Below, piece after piece: positions 40,501 through 50,015 of a DNA stretch of 55,413 bases. A model generated the notes under the pieces. It searched no databases and was not told the origin of the DNA. It saw only the letters and a program-made list of their open reading frames with translations. The position numbers and the translations under genes were made by a program. Source of the DNA: Promethearchaeota archaeon (GTDB lineage Archaea; Asgardarchaeota; Lokiarchaeia; Sigyniarchaeales; SOKP01); assembly GCA_019057795.1 (NCBI GenBank), contig JAHLWS010000008.1:1-55413 (forward strand). Direction: 5' to 3'. The first letter of the stretch is position 1. The number at the start of each line of letters is the position of its first letter.

Positions 40501-42301
40501 GTTTGATCCTATCAATTACAAAGGACTAATGTTGGACTATTTTTCTTTAGAGAACCATACCAACCTTTATTCTCCAGAAATCGATTTTGTTCTCGAGGAG
40601 AACTTACTCGCGACGCAAGGTTTTAAATACGACAGCTTTACATTCTCCTGTAGATATTACGATTTTGATGGAAATTATCCCGAATTTGTATACTTTGAGA
40701 TTGACAATAATAATTACTCTATGATAAATTTATTTGGAGACTGGAACATTAGTTCCAATTCTATCGGAAATCGTGGGATTCTATTTGTTAAATCATTAGT
40801 TATTAGTGATCTTTCTGATCTTTCTTTCAGGTTTCATGTATTTGATGGAAAATTTCAAGATTCAACTATTTATTATAACCAAGATAATTCATTGTTTAGT
40901 TTTCAAAACCCTGATGTATTTGAATTTAATGTAAATCAAAATGATAAATTGATTGGATATGAATTCTCAAGCGATTCCCTATCAGAATATTATGTTGTAG
41001 GGGATCCCATACAAAAAGAATTAACTTCGTGGTTAAAAGGAGACAATACATGGCACATTACTTCTCGTTTTAAGCAATCATATATTTATGGAGGTTTAGG
41101 TCAAAGTTTTGGAAGCCTTAATCAAAGTTACGAGACAAATTGGAATATGAAACTAATTACACACCCCTTACATGTTAGAGGTGAATATAAGGTTTACCTA
41201 AAGTATTATTTTGATATTTCTTTAGAAAATGAATTCTTTTTAGAACTTGACGAACTCGATAACTGTACAGTTTCGATATCAAAAAATTTTGGTGAAAGTT
41301 GGGTTATTCTTAAAGAATATTACTTCGATAGCGAGATTCTTTCTGGAAACGAATCGTTGGATATTTCGCAATTTTCTGATGAAGATGTAATGATTATGTT
41401 TACTTTGTCTACCAATGATATTACTACTGGACTTGGGAATGGATGGTTGTTATCAAACATATATATAGGTTATAACAAGTCAACAGATTTTGTTGCTCCT
41501 AAGATCGAGATTCTTAGCCCTTCAAACGACGAATTGGTTAGTGGGATTACTACATTGGAAGCAAATGTCAGCGATGATGTGGAATTAGACAACTCAAGGA
41601 TATACATATATATTAACAATCAAATTGTTGATAAGACTTTACTTAATTACGATCAAGCAACAGGCATTTTAACATTCCAATGGGATACAACGCTATACAA
41701 AGACGGACGCTACGATATAAAAGTTGTAACATTTGATAAAGAAGGTAATAGAGGCGAATCCTCTATATCCGTCGTAGTAGATAATGGATTTATAGATCTG
41801 CGAACGTGGGGGGTGTGGTTAATAATAATCGTAAGTGTTCTAGCTATTGGCATAATATCATATTTTATTGCTGAGAAAAGAGGTAAGGTTTGGATTAAAA
41901 ATCGTAAAAATTCAAATGCTGGGAAAATAAGGTTAAAACATATTGATAAAGATCAAATAATCAAAAGGATAGAGATAATAGAGCCTAAAGACGAACAACA
42001 AAGACCATTAATTCTTCACTGTAAGTATTGTAGATCATGGTTTGAATCTAATAAATTCAACTATATCTGTCCAGTATGCGAACACGATCAAATTTATGTA
42101 GCATACAATTGTATGAATTGCGGAAAGTGGTACTTTAAAGACGAACCGAGCGATGACTATTATTGTAAAAAAAAAAATTGCCAAGGCGTTCGGTTAATAA
42201 AACGTGAAAAAGAAGAGATTAAAGATATTTTAAATCAAAAAGGTAAACTTCTAAGAAAATATGAATTTAAAAGTAAAAAATCTAGTATATTAGGCCCTTA
42301 A
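37502..42301 (+). CDS. Membrane-anchored S8 (subtilisin-like) serine protease with an Ig-like domain and a cytoplasmic zinc-finger tail
   Basis: Triad AVLDSG / DDNGHGT / YGTSIS, oxyanion AAGN, KPDIVAPG, GYGRLN; TM near the C-terminus, then CKYC, CPVC, CMNC, CKKKNC. The start is proposed at CTG 37502 (track: GTG 37556). Confidence 0.85.
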   Translation: MKKLIKFTLILSLIIGSTVGMSFIFNLITPYKLNFGKQESVDEHLHRSNNGKKSVIVFFNESTFDANAKIRFEFYGGDFKENEEWNSLFNSFSGFAGAIPTENISKYKSEFPDINIEADEIIEVQMNYASIQTQSVNSTWYINGYKGNTDSSIAVLDSGVNLNHDFLQGRIIGWQNFISQDPMTDDNGHGTFIASVIAGTGTSAYNSISPSIVNLYGNYSHLDLFDEYLPSKNYSVKIFSTNISKSDSIIAINSTSNFQLSEIDGFWFELYLNSSLVNSSHIQNPSQYYSFNHSVPQTERGIYDLYIKYHKKSSSIPFFSFNSSVSFFPESYIEDFNHFTGIANATNILAYKIVNQTGKGYVSDLISAMASVIQNRTNHHIVSVCLSIGTLGEDVSAINAVIDEVIENHILVVIAAGNKGIEGSKPFNKLGMNKNAIVVGAINDKDQITSYSSMGRDVGNNVLKPDIVAPGGSKLPGHRSLISADAKSNESTASYGTSISTAIVSATINLLIDAKWGSWTDWDNQDLSKCVKTLKAILLMTASETSLEREDDPETDIDESNYSPSKYSGLLNSLKDEHEGYGRLNIQAAIDALTKNIIVNQTVINNLINSEQDPLGNHVFARKITLQEDIQYLFNLTGVDDNVDLDLFLFSNESNQYGEPLLLQSTQKWYGDFDSFYFTPKYNQTECVVIVKAINGSSSFKLKISNVSNNFVPELKVPEITYSGGIKNATVISVQEFYGNDPAKNYTIDSYRFYIEYFDEDSLNVPPQEVLVHIVETSESYSLFQLNELDSNYTNGAIFRSNLVKFSTPNTYHYYFTASDGLHQARYPQSGELNITIEFPTDSETFPYAHDFNDGFNGWTYNGTGWGLLTQSNQLDNRSRLYSEEWSAMYFGRDHNYPSNYTYQPYLITNPFPNGSLRSPLFNITQVNKNFTQVFAKFGLRTSINSGDFMYLQINPNWTGWITLKTYTNEERDWFLEEINITQYIGNYVQFRFLALLDDEFDPINYKGLMLDYFSLENHTNLYSPEIDFVLEENLLATQGFKYDSFTFSCRYYDFDGNYPEFVYFEIDNNNYSMINLFGDWNISSNSIGNRGILFVKSLVISDLSDLSFRFHVFDGKFQDSTIYYNQDNSLFSFQNPDVFEFNVNQNDKLIGYEFSSDSLSEYYVVGDPIQKELTSWLKGDNTWHITSRFKQSYIYGGLGQSFGSLNQSYETNWNMKLITHPLHVRGEYKVYLKYYFDISLENEFFLELDELDNCTVSISKNFGESWVILKEYYFDSEILSGNESLDISQFSDEDVMIMFTLSTNDITTGLGNGWLLSNIYIGYNKSTDFVAPKIEILSPSNDELVSGITTLEANVSDDVELDNSRIYIYINNQIVDKTLLNYDQATGILTFQWDTTLYKDGRYDIKVVTFDKEGNRGESSISVVVDNGFIDLRTWGVWLIIIVSVLAIGIISYFIAEKRGKVWIKNRKNSNAGKIRLKHIDKDQIIKRIEIIEPKDEQQRPLILHCKYCRSWFESNKFNYICPVCEHDQIYVAYNCMNCGKWYFKDEPSDDYYCKKKNCQGVRLIKREKEEIKDILNQKGKLLRKYEFKSKKSSILGP

Positions 42302-42331
42302 GTCAAATTAAACTAATAAAAGCTGGAAAAA

Positions 42332-45298
42332 TTGAGTTTGAAAAATTATTTATATAGGATTAGATTAAAAATAAGGTTACAATTTTTAAGACATCTTTGG
42401 CTTAATATTAAAAGAGATCGCGCAAAAGCATTATTTGGCATAGGAGGTATCACTGTTTCAATAATCCTGCTAACTAGTATAGGAATGGTAAACAATACGA
42501 TGTCGTTTAATTATATGGGATTAATTACAAGCACAACAGGAAGCGCGGATATAATGATTTCACGAACAATGAAAACGGACTTAACATTTGACCCTTTCTT
42601 TGATGAAACTATCATAGATGACGAATTGCAAGATATTGATGGCGTAGAAGAACTTTTTCCAAGAATAATGATGCTCGTAAAAGTATCTTCTGATAAAACA
42701 GATTCAAATGGTACCTTACAAATCTACGGTATTAACTTTATTAAAGAAGCAAATAATGGTCATATGGGAAATCTAAACTTAGTTAATCAAAATGGCACAG
42801 AAACCAGAGGGATTTATACCAGCGAACCTGGAATGGGAGAATGTGTTATCTTATGGACTGTAGCAGAATTATTAAATGTTAGTTTAGGGGATTTAATACA
42901 TTTGGATTACCAAGAATATAGTTTGGATGTCAAAGTTGTCGCAGTCTGCAAGCAAGATTTAAAATTTACAGATTTTGAAAATGCTTTAATAATCATTAAT
43001 TTACAACAAGCTCAATTGTTTTTACAAAGGGATGGAGAAATTAATTTGATTATGGGAACGCTTGAAAATCCACAGTCAATATACGATGTTAGTGATATAG
43101 ATCTTACAAAAAGGAAAATACGAGTGATAGGAACTCGAATTCAACAGAGATTGGACCCAAATATCTATTCTGTGTCAATGCCAAAATTACAAGAATTAAG
43201 TAGTCAGCAATTGATGCTAATTGGGATGACTATTATCTTCTGGTTTATTACGGGTATATCTATGCTCATTACGGCGATTTTAATAAATTCAATTCTTTCC
43301 ACCTCTACTGAAGAAAGAATAAGAGAATTTGGCATTTTAAGAGTTGTGGGAGGAAAAAAGACATTCCCTGTCAAAATAGTTGTCTTTGAAGGCGTATTAA
43401 TAGGAGTCGTAGGGGCTATCTTAGGAATTATTATAGGAATAATATTTACACCCCCAATAGTAGACTATTTATTCATTGTAATGAATTTTCCAATTCAAAA
43501 TATGGAGTATGTAATCCAACCTCAGACAATTATTTTGGCTTTTTCAATAGGAACCATTGTTTCTTTAGTTGTCTCGTTGTTACCAGCTTTTAAAACTGCA
43601 AAAATTGATATTATAAAATCTATTACACCATTTCACAAAAAAGAACAAGGATGGGAAATAAAAAAGGAAGGAAGTATGAATGTTAGGAGTTTTCTAATTG
43701 GAAGCTCTCTCGCTACAATCGGTATGCTTGTTTTTATTTTACTACCAAGCGTCTTCATAACAGGGGATATTATGCTAATTGCTGGCTTGTTTATTGGACT
43801 TATTGCAGCTATATTACTTGGGTTGGTATTCGCATCGGTGGGAATTATACCATTTATTCAGAGCTTACTTATTGGAGCAATTACACCATTAATTAAAAAG
43901 TATGCTAATATTATTAAAATCTCTCTAAAAAGAAACAGAAGGCGTAATACAAGCACAATTATAATGTTTGCCATTAGTTTTTCTTTTATTTTTTTTATTA
44001 CGAGTGTTACAGAAATGGAATCAAAAAATATGTCTTTAAATTTAAGATTTCAGTATGGTTCCGATTTGGTTTTAATTAACCAAGGTTTAGAATCTGATGG
44101 TGACGCAGTTACCTTAGATATGATCCAAGAACTCAATTCTATTCAAGGAATAGACCAAACAGCGTTAATATTGTACAATATGTTTGATATTACAGCTGTT
44201 ATGTCAGTAATATTTGACTTCGGCGATAGTGGTCCAAGTTTTGACGAAGATTCTATCAATGAAGCGTTCTTAAACATTTTTGAGTTTTATTCCGCACAAG
44301 CAGAAACAAAATTTCAAGTAAAAGCTGCCGACATTGCTAACTTCGACGAAAATGAAGTTGGGTTTATTGGTATTGAAGAGGAGTATTATAACGTGATGGA
44401 TAGAGAGCTAATGATTTGGAGTAGCCCGGAAAGTGGTTTTAATTATTCATTTAGTCAAATTTTTGATTATAACAACACCTGCATAATTGCTAATGCTCTC
44501 GCTAGCGTTCTTGGAATAAGCGAAGTTGGCGAATACATACGATTAACATTCATCAACCCTCAAATTCCTAACGATCCAGGAAATATTACGCTTTTCCGCG
44601 TCGTAGGGATCTCAGGAGGGATGCCCGGATTTACCAACTTTAAAAGTTCTGAAGCTACAGCAAATGGTGGAGGTATAATGGTATCCTTAGATAATTACAT
44701 GCGTTTAATGAATGTTGAGGATCCTGGCGGTCCAAATATGATTGTGGATAAAGTCTTCATCAAATTATTAGACGATTCCGAAGAAAATATCGAAACCACA
44801 AAAGAAGAAATACAAAACCTATCCTCTGAAAAAGATTATTTTCTAGATGATGCCATATCAAAAATCAACTTCATGCAAGATATGTTTGAAAGACAAAGTA
44901 GTTTGATGGAGATCGTCCTATGGTTCGCTATAGTTATCGCAATCTTCGGATTAGTTAGTACTATGTATGCAATTATTTCTGAGCGGAAGTTTGAAATCGG
45001 TATTTTGAGATCACTTGGCATGAAAGCTAAAGACGTAAGGAACTTATTCTTGATTGAGAGTTTCATCATAATGTTGAGTAGTGGAGCCATGGGGACAGTA
45101 ATAGGTACTTATTGTGCTTATTTAATGGAAACCAATTTAGGTCTCATGACTGAAATGCCTATTGTATTTGCAATTCCTGTGGATGTTTTAGTAAGGGTTT
45201 TTACCCTTTCAATTACATTTGGAGTTTTAGGAATGTACTTAGTGCTAATAAAATTAAGTAAGCAAAGTGTAATGGATATCTTCCGCCAGACATTTTGA
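42332..45298 (+). CDS. Second FtsX/MacB-type ABC permease
   Basis: STEERIREFGILRVVG and ISERKFEIGILRSLG; paralogous to 30547..33537. Confidence 0.9.
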   Translation: MSLKNYLYRIRLKIRLQFLRHLWLNIKRDRAKALFGIGGITVSIILLTSIGMVNNTMSFNYMGLITSTTGSADIMISRTMKTDLTFDPFFDETIIDDELQDIDGVEELFPRIMMLVKVSSDKTDSNGTLQIYGINFIKEANNGHMGNLNLVNQNGTETRGIYTSEPGMGECVILWTVAELLNVSLGDLIHLDYQEYSLDVKVVAVCKQDLKFTDFENALIIINLQQAQLFLQRDGEINLIMGTLENPQSIYDVSDIDLTKRKIRVIGTRIQQRLDPNIYSVSMPKLQELSSQQLMLIGMTIIFWFITGISMLITAILINSILSTSTEERIREFGILRVVGGKKTFPVKIVVFEGVLIGVVGAILGIIIGIIFTPPIVDYLFIVMNFPIQNMEYVIQPQTIILAFSIGTIVSLVVSLLPAFKTAKIDIIKSITPFHKKEQGWEIKKEGSMNVRSFLIGSSLATIGMLVFILLPSVFITGDIMLIAGLFIGLIAAILLGLVFASVGIIPFIQSLLIGAITPLIKKYANIIKISLKRNRRRNTSTIIMFAISFSFIFFITSVTEMESKNMSLNLRFQYGSDLVLINQGLESDGDAVTLDMIQELNSIQGIDQTALILYNMFDITAVMSVIFDFGDSGPSFDEDSINEAFLNIFEFYSAQAETKFQVKAADIANFDENEVGFIGIEEEYYNVMDRELMIWSSPESGFNYSFSQIFDYNNTCIIANALASVLGISEVGEYIRLTFINPQIPNDPGNITLFRVVGISGGMPGFTNFKSSEATANGGGIMVSLDNYMRLMNVEDPGGPNMIVDKVFIKLLDDSEENIETTKEEIQNLSSEKDYFLDDAISKINFMQDMFERQSSLMEIVLWFAIVIAIFGLVSTMYAIISERKFEIGILRSLGMKAKDVRNLFLIESFIIMLSSGAMGTVIGTYCAYLMETNLGLMTEMPIVFAIPVDVLVRVFTLSITFGVLGMYLVLIKLSKQSVMDIFRQTF

Positions 45299-45394
45299 TG
45301 GTTATTATTATTATTAATATCTCAGAGTTGACAATCAATTCCAGTGTTCCTATCAGAAACTTTAATCAAAAATCAATTTTAGTACCTCTAAGAA

Positions 45395-45796
45395 TTAAAT
45401 AAAGTAAAGAGGGAAGCAAATCATTTGTATAAAACTCTGATATAATAAAACTTTTAATGCCATTCTGAATGAATCTTTAAATTCTTCCTTATAAAATTTT
45501 TTAACAATAAGAGGTCCTATTATTAAGAATGTACTTAAAGATATAATTAGAGTTATAGTGAATAAAGATATTGAGAGGATATTATCGGTTTCTAAAAAAG
45601 TTAAATTTCCAGTAACTAGTTGAATTATATAACCTATACTAAAAGTTATTGTCATCCATATAAAAATAACGATAAATGCTGTTTTATAGGAGATGTCCCA
45701 CTCATTAGTTTTAGCTATATTTCTTGCAATTAATGTGCCTGTTATTATATAAATTGCAAAAAGAATTGGATATAAAAAAGGAGCTAATATTCCCAT
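45395..45796 (-). CDS. Small membrane protein (about 4 TM)
   Basis: Four hydrophobic segments. Confidence 0.6.
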   Translation of the reverse strand: MGILAPFLYPILFAIYIITGTLIARNIAKTNEWDISYKTAFIVIFIWMTITFSIGYIIQLVTGNLTFLETDNILSISLFTITLIISLSTFLIIGPLIVKKFYKEEFKDSFRMALKVLLYQSFIQMICFPLYFI

Positions 45797-45905
45797 TTTA
45801 TTTTTCCCTCGAAATTCTAAATTTGAAAAAGAATATTGGACTATGAAACAAAGGATAATTTCTATATTTAAATTTATCTTTTAAATGATAATTCTTTAAA
45901 GACTG

Positions 45906-46493
45906 TTATTGATTTTCTTTTAAAAATTCAATCAATTTTTTCCAAGCCTTTCTGCGGTGCGAAACAGCATTCTTTTCTTCAGTTGTCAATTCCGCGAATG
46001 TGTTTGTTGGGATATCATTAGAGAGAAAAATGGGATCAAAACCAAATCCATTTGTACCTCTAATTGTTTCTGAGACTTTTCCTTCGACAGAACCTTCAAA
46101 TAAAAACGTTTTATTCATTGGTTGAAAGTAAAGAGCGATGACTGATTCAAAATGAGCTTTAGTATTTTTGAAATTATCGATAAGTTTTAGAATTCCTTTG
46201 TTTCCAATTGTATTTAATACGAATTTAGAATAAACGCCAGGAAAACCGTTAAGTGGGATATCAATAAAAAAGCCAGCATCTTCAATAAAATAGGAATTGT
46301 CAAACTTTCCTTTTACGCTGTTTAACTTAAAAAGAGCTACTTCTTTAATACTTGTCGCTTGAATTTCTGTTGTATCAATCGTATTTTGCCTTAAAATATA
46401 AGATATCTTCTCTTTTTGAAACATTCTTTCAATTTCATTAAATTTGTAATTATTGCCTGTAATAAAATAAATAGTATCTTTTGTATCATCCAT
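45906..46493 (-). CDS. rdgB: Non-canonical purine NTP pyrophosphatase (RdgB/HAM1, XTP/dITP diphosphatase)
   Basis: FITGNNYK, EDAG, GFPGVYSK, GFGFDPIF, EKNAVSHR. Confidence 0.93.
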   Translation of the reverse strand: MDDTKDTIYFITGNNYKFNEIERMFQKEKISYILRQNTIDTTEIQATSIKEVALFKLNSVKGKFDNSYFIEDAGFFIDIPLNGFPGVYSKFVLNTIGNKGILKLIDNFKNTKAHFESVIALYFQPMNKTFLFEGSVEGKVSETIRGTNGFGFDPIFLSNDIPTNTFAELTTEEKNAVSHRRKAWKKLIEFLKENQ

Positions 46494-46652
46494 AATTACT
46501 ATAATTTCTTAAGATTTATTTAGATATATAATCAGAATTTTTAACTAAATACAAGAAAATGCTAAATCAAAAATTTTAATTTATATGATTCTTTTTTAAT
46601 TTTATCAACAATACTATATGTATTAACTATTTTATAAACTGAGAAGCAAAAA

Positions 46653-47111
46653 ATGGCTCGAATGCACTCAAGAAAGAAGGGTAAGTCCGGTAGTACTCGA
46701 CCAGCAAGATTGGAGAAGCCCGTATGGGTAGAACTCTCTTCTGAAGACGTTGAAAACGAAGTTGTAAAACTAGCTAGGAAAGGATTTTCTCAATCGTTAA
46801 TAGGCGTGAAATTAAGGGATAGTCATGGTGTTCCATTAGTAAAAGTAGTAACTGGTAAATCAATTAATCAAATTTTTAAAGAACATGATATCGAAACGCC
46901 ACTTCCAGAGGATCTAACTAATTTAGTTAAAAAAGCGCTCAATCTTCGAAAACACTTAGAATCAAATCATAAGGATATTGATTCACGCAAAGGGCTCCAA
47001 AGGACAGAAAGTAAGATCTATCGCTTGATTAAGTATTATAAATCGAAAAATGTAATGAAAGCAGATTTCGAATACGACCCCGAGAAAATCAGAACAATTG
47101 TTATGAGGTAA
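46653..47111 (+). CDS. rps15: 30S ribosomal protein S15 (uS15, archaeal/S13e type)
   Basis: MARMHSRKKGKSGSTRP, LRDSHGVP, LPEDL, ESKIYRLIKYYK. Confidence 0.97.
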   Translation: MARMHSRKKGKSGSTRPARLEKPVWVELSSEDVENEVVKLARKGFSQSLIGVKLRDSHGVPLVKVVTGKSINQIFKEHDIETPLPEDLTNLVKKALNLRKHLESNHKDIDSRKGLQRTESKIYRLIKYYKSKNVMKADFEYDPEKIRTIVMR

Positions 47112-47120
47112 ATGTAAGTT

Positions 47121-47942
47121 ATGAGTCAAAAAGCTAGGAAAAAGAAAACTAAACTAAGGAAAGTTTCATTTAAAGATAAAACTTGGTATTCAGTAATTGC
47201 TCCAAAGAGTTTCGACTTTAAACCCATAGGAGAAATTATAGGGATGGAGAACAATTTAATTGGAAGAACAATCGAAACTTTATTGTACGATTTCACAAAT
47301 AGTTACAACGATATTAGTTTAAAATTAAAATTTAAAGTGGATAGTGTTAATCAGGAATCAGGTCAAGCGCAATCTATATTTTTGGGTCATTCTTACACTA
47401 ATGATTATGTAAGATCATTAATTGGAAGAGGAAGTTCTAAAATCCAAACAATAATGAATTTAACAACTAAGGACAACTACATCTTCCGATTGACGACAGT
47501 ATGTACAACAATACAAAGAGCTCGCAGTTCACAACAAATTATAATTCGGAAAATAATAAGAGAAATTTTAAAAGAATTTGCTAAATCGCTTAATCACGAG
47601 AAGTTTATAACGGGTATGATTTATTCTGAATTCTCTAATCAGATTAAAAGAATAGCTAAAACATTATATCCTCTTTCAAGTTCCAAAATAATCAAGAGTA
47701 AGTTAGTTAGTGTCCCTGAGGGGGGAAAAGATGAGATTTATATCGCAAAAGACGAAGAATTTGAAGTTGTTGAAGTCGAAGTAAAGCGATCTCGAAAAAG
47801 CGATATAAAAAGAACTGAAAGAATTAATGTTAAGAAGTTAACTCGTTCGAAAAACACCAGACAAACAATAGAAAAAACCAAAAAAACCACACCTGAAACG
47901 AAAGAACCCGAACCTAAAGCGAAAGAAGAAGGTACTGAATAA
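47121..47942 (+). CDS. rps3ae: 30S ribosomal protein S3Ae (eS1) with a charged C-terminal extension
   Basis: KTWYSVIAPKSF, GRTIETLLYD, KLKFKV, DYVRSL, TKDNY, YPL. Confidence 0.92.
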   Translation: MSQKARKKKTKLRKVSFKDKTWYSVIAPKSFDFKPIGEIIGMENNLIGRTIETLLYDFTNSYNDISLKLKFKVDSVNQESGQAQSIFLGHSYTNDYVRSLIGRGSSKIQTIMNLTTKDNYIFRLTTVCTTIQRARSSQQIIIRKIIREILKEFAKSLNHEKFITGMIYSEFSNQIKRIAKTLYPLSSSKIIKSKLVSVPEGGKDEIYIAKDEEFEVVEVEVKRSRKSDIKRTERINVKKLTRSKNTRQTIEKTKKTTPETKEPEPKAKEEGTE

Positions 47943-48028
47943 TCTTACTTTTAATATTCTTAGATATTTTTTAGGTTAAAATAAATTTTAAAAATCTCGA
48001 AAAAAATTTTAGCTATTTATTTTAGAAA

Positions 48029-48916
48029 TTATTGATCAAACTTTTTAATAACATTATCAAGATGAGTTTTTAACGACCTATAGGGTTTTAAATCCCCTGA
48101 AAATTCTTTTTCTAGTACTTGTTCTTGGGATATATTTTCTACTAGTTGCTTAAATATTTCTTTAATTTTAATAATATCTCCAGAGGCGATAAAATCTAAA
48201 GAATAATCGTTGATATCACTGTACAGTATTAATTTTTTGCAACCGTTGTCTTCTAAATCATTAAAATGGATCTCTTTTATATTTGTCTTCGCTCGAATTT
48301 GGGTGTTCATGGCGATGGTTGCTAATTTTGCTGAAAGATTAGAACTAAATAAATCAAGGTTTTCAGGAGTAATTTCTCTATGAAAATTACTTAGAAGCGT
48401 TTGATCATACAATTGAGAAATTATAGGTAGCCCTTGAGTTGATATTCCGCAATAAATTATCTTGTTTTCAGTATCAACACATTTCAGTTCGATATTCTCA
48501 TCTTCTAAGGGGTCTCGATATTTATCCCATAAATACCCCGTAATTAGCTTAATAACTTTTGAGAATTCAGATTTTTTAGATGCTTCTTTAATCTTTTCTG
48601 GAGTTTCGTAATTGGCAGAAACTTTTTCAAAATATTCAGCCATCATTTTACTAACTTCTTCAGAGTTCGATAAAAAGTCGCCAGTAATGCAAAAAAACAG
48701 ATTTTGGTCGCTTTCTGTGACGATTTGTTTAATTATCATTCGTTCTTTCCCAGTCTTTCCTTCGAAATAGATATTAGTTAAGCGCCAAAAATTATTTGGA
48801 CTAATGTTACTAATTAACATTTCTACAAATAATACAATCTCAAAAGAAGGATATTTGTTCTCGTTCGAAACATATAGGACTTCATCATCTAAAATGATGG
48901 CAAACCCGGTTATCAT
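48029..48916 (-). CDS. Hypothetical protein, probably tandem longin/profilin-like sensor folds
   Basis: Two units with the beta-beta-alpha-beta3-alpha pattern (MITGFAIILDD...; IIYCGISTQGLPIIS...). Confidence 0.5.
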   Translation of the reverse strand: MITGFAIILDDEVLYVSNENKYPSFEIVLFVEMLISNISPNNFWRLTNIYFEGKTGKERMIIKQIVTESDQNLFFCITGDFLSNSEEVSKMMAEYFEKVSANYETPEKIKEASKKSEFSKVIKLITGYLWDKYRDPLEDENIELKCVDTENKIIYCGISTQGLPIISQLYDQTLLSNFHREITPENLDLFSSNLSAKLATIAMNTQIRAKTNIKEIHFNDLEDNGCKKLILYSDINDYSLDFIASGDIIKIKEIFKQLVENISQEQVLEKEFSGDLKPYRSLKTHLDNVIKKFDQ

Positions 48917-49177
48917 AGAAAAGATCGCTACAGAAATAATAGTTCGGTAGTTAAGCTCTTACTTTAAGAACTTTATTTATTTATTTATTTAATTGAATAA
49001 ATTAAATTTAAATAGAAGAAATATAAGGTACATTTTAATTTTAGTAATTTTAGTTTTTTTCGAACTTATATAACAATTAACTTTTAATAATTTCAAAAAA
49101 TATAATTAAAATAATTGAAATTTAAGAGTATGGTTTTAAAAATCTATCCTTTGAATAATATTGATTAGGTATATTAA

Positions 49178-49978
49178 ATGAAAATTCTAAGAATAATTGA
49201 AAAGAAAAAAATTCACCAAGCAGCAGAACTAATTTTAAATTCTAAAGAAGCTATTGCTTTAACTGGGGCGGGAATTTCTACGGAATCTGGAATTCCTGAC
49301 TTTAGAGGGGAAGGGGGTATTTGGGAAAAATATAAGCCTGAGATTTATGGGAACATCCAAGCGTTTTTAAAAAATCCCGCCAAATTCTGGGAGATGGCAC
49401 AAAAAATTGCCCCAAACCTATTCAAAGCAAAACCAAATCCTGGACATACTGCTCTTGCAGAACTCGAGAAGATGGATTTAATTAAAGCTGTCATTACCCA
49501 AAATATTGATGAACTTCATCAAAAAGCGGGCTCTATAATTGTTTATGAAGTACATGGAAGTATTAATAGATTTAATTGTTTAGGTTGTAAAGCCTCTTAT
49601 ACAAAAGAACAAATTTATCGCAAATTGAAGAAAGAGAAAAAAGCGGGGCCACAATGCGAATATTGCGCAGCTCCACTCAAACCTTCAGTTGTATTGTTTG
49701 GAGAAGGATTACCTAGATTTGAAATATTCCAATCTCAAGCTTTAGCTAAAAAAGCAGATGTCATGTTAATCGTGGGATCCTCCCTCTCAGTTGCCCCTAT
49801 ATGCGATCTACCCCTCTATACACTAAGGGAAAAAGGAAAATTAATAATTGTAAATGACCAACCAACTAATTTGGATGAAAAAGCAGCGGTTGTAATTCAC
49901 CATAAATCAGGCACTATTTTACCTTTAATTGTGGAAGAAATTAAAAAATTAAAATCAGAACAAGAACCTATTGAATAA
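49178..49978 (+). CDS. cobB: NAD-dependent protein deacylase (Sir2 family)
   Basis: TGAGISTESGIPDFRG, ITQNIDELHQKAG, HGS, two CxxC, VVLFGE, GSSL. Confidence 0.95.
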   Translation: MKILRIIEKKKIHQAAELILNSKEAIALTGAGISTESGIPDFRGEGGIWEKYKPEIYGNIQAFLKNPAKFWEMAQKIAPNLFKAKPNPGHTALAELEKMDLIKAVITQNIDELHQKAGSIIVYEVHGSINRFNCLGCKASYTKEQIYRKLKKEKKAGPQCEYCAAPLKPSVVLFGEGLPRFEIFQSQALAKKADVMLIVGSSLSVAPICDLPLYTLREKGKLIIVNDQPTNLDEKAAVVIHHKSGTILPLIVEEIKKLKSEQEPIE

Positions 49979-50015
49979 TCTCTTAAGGTTCTGAATTTTC
50001 CAAGAAGTTTTTTAT

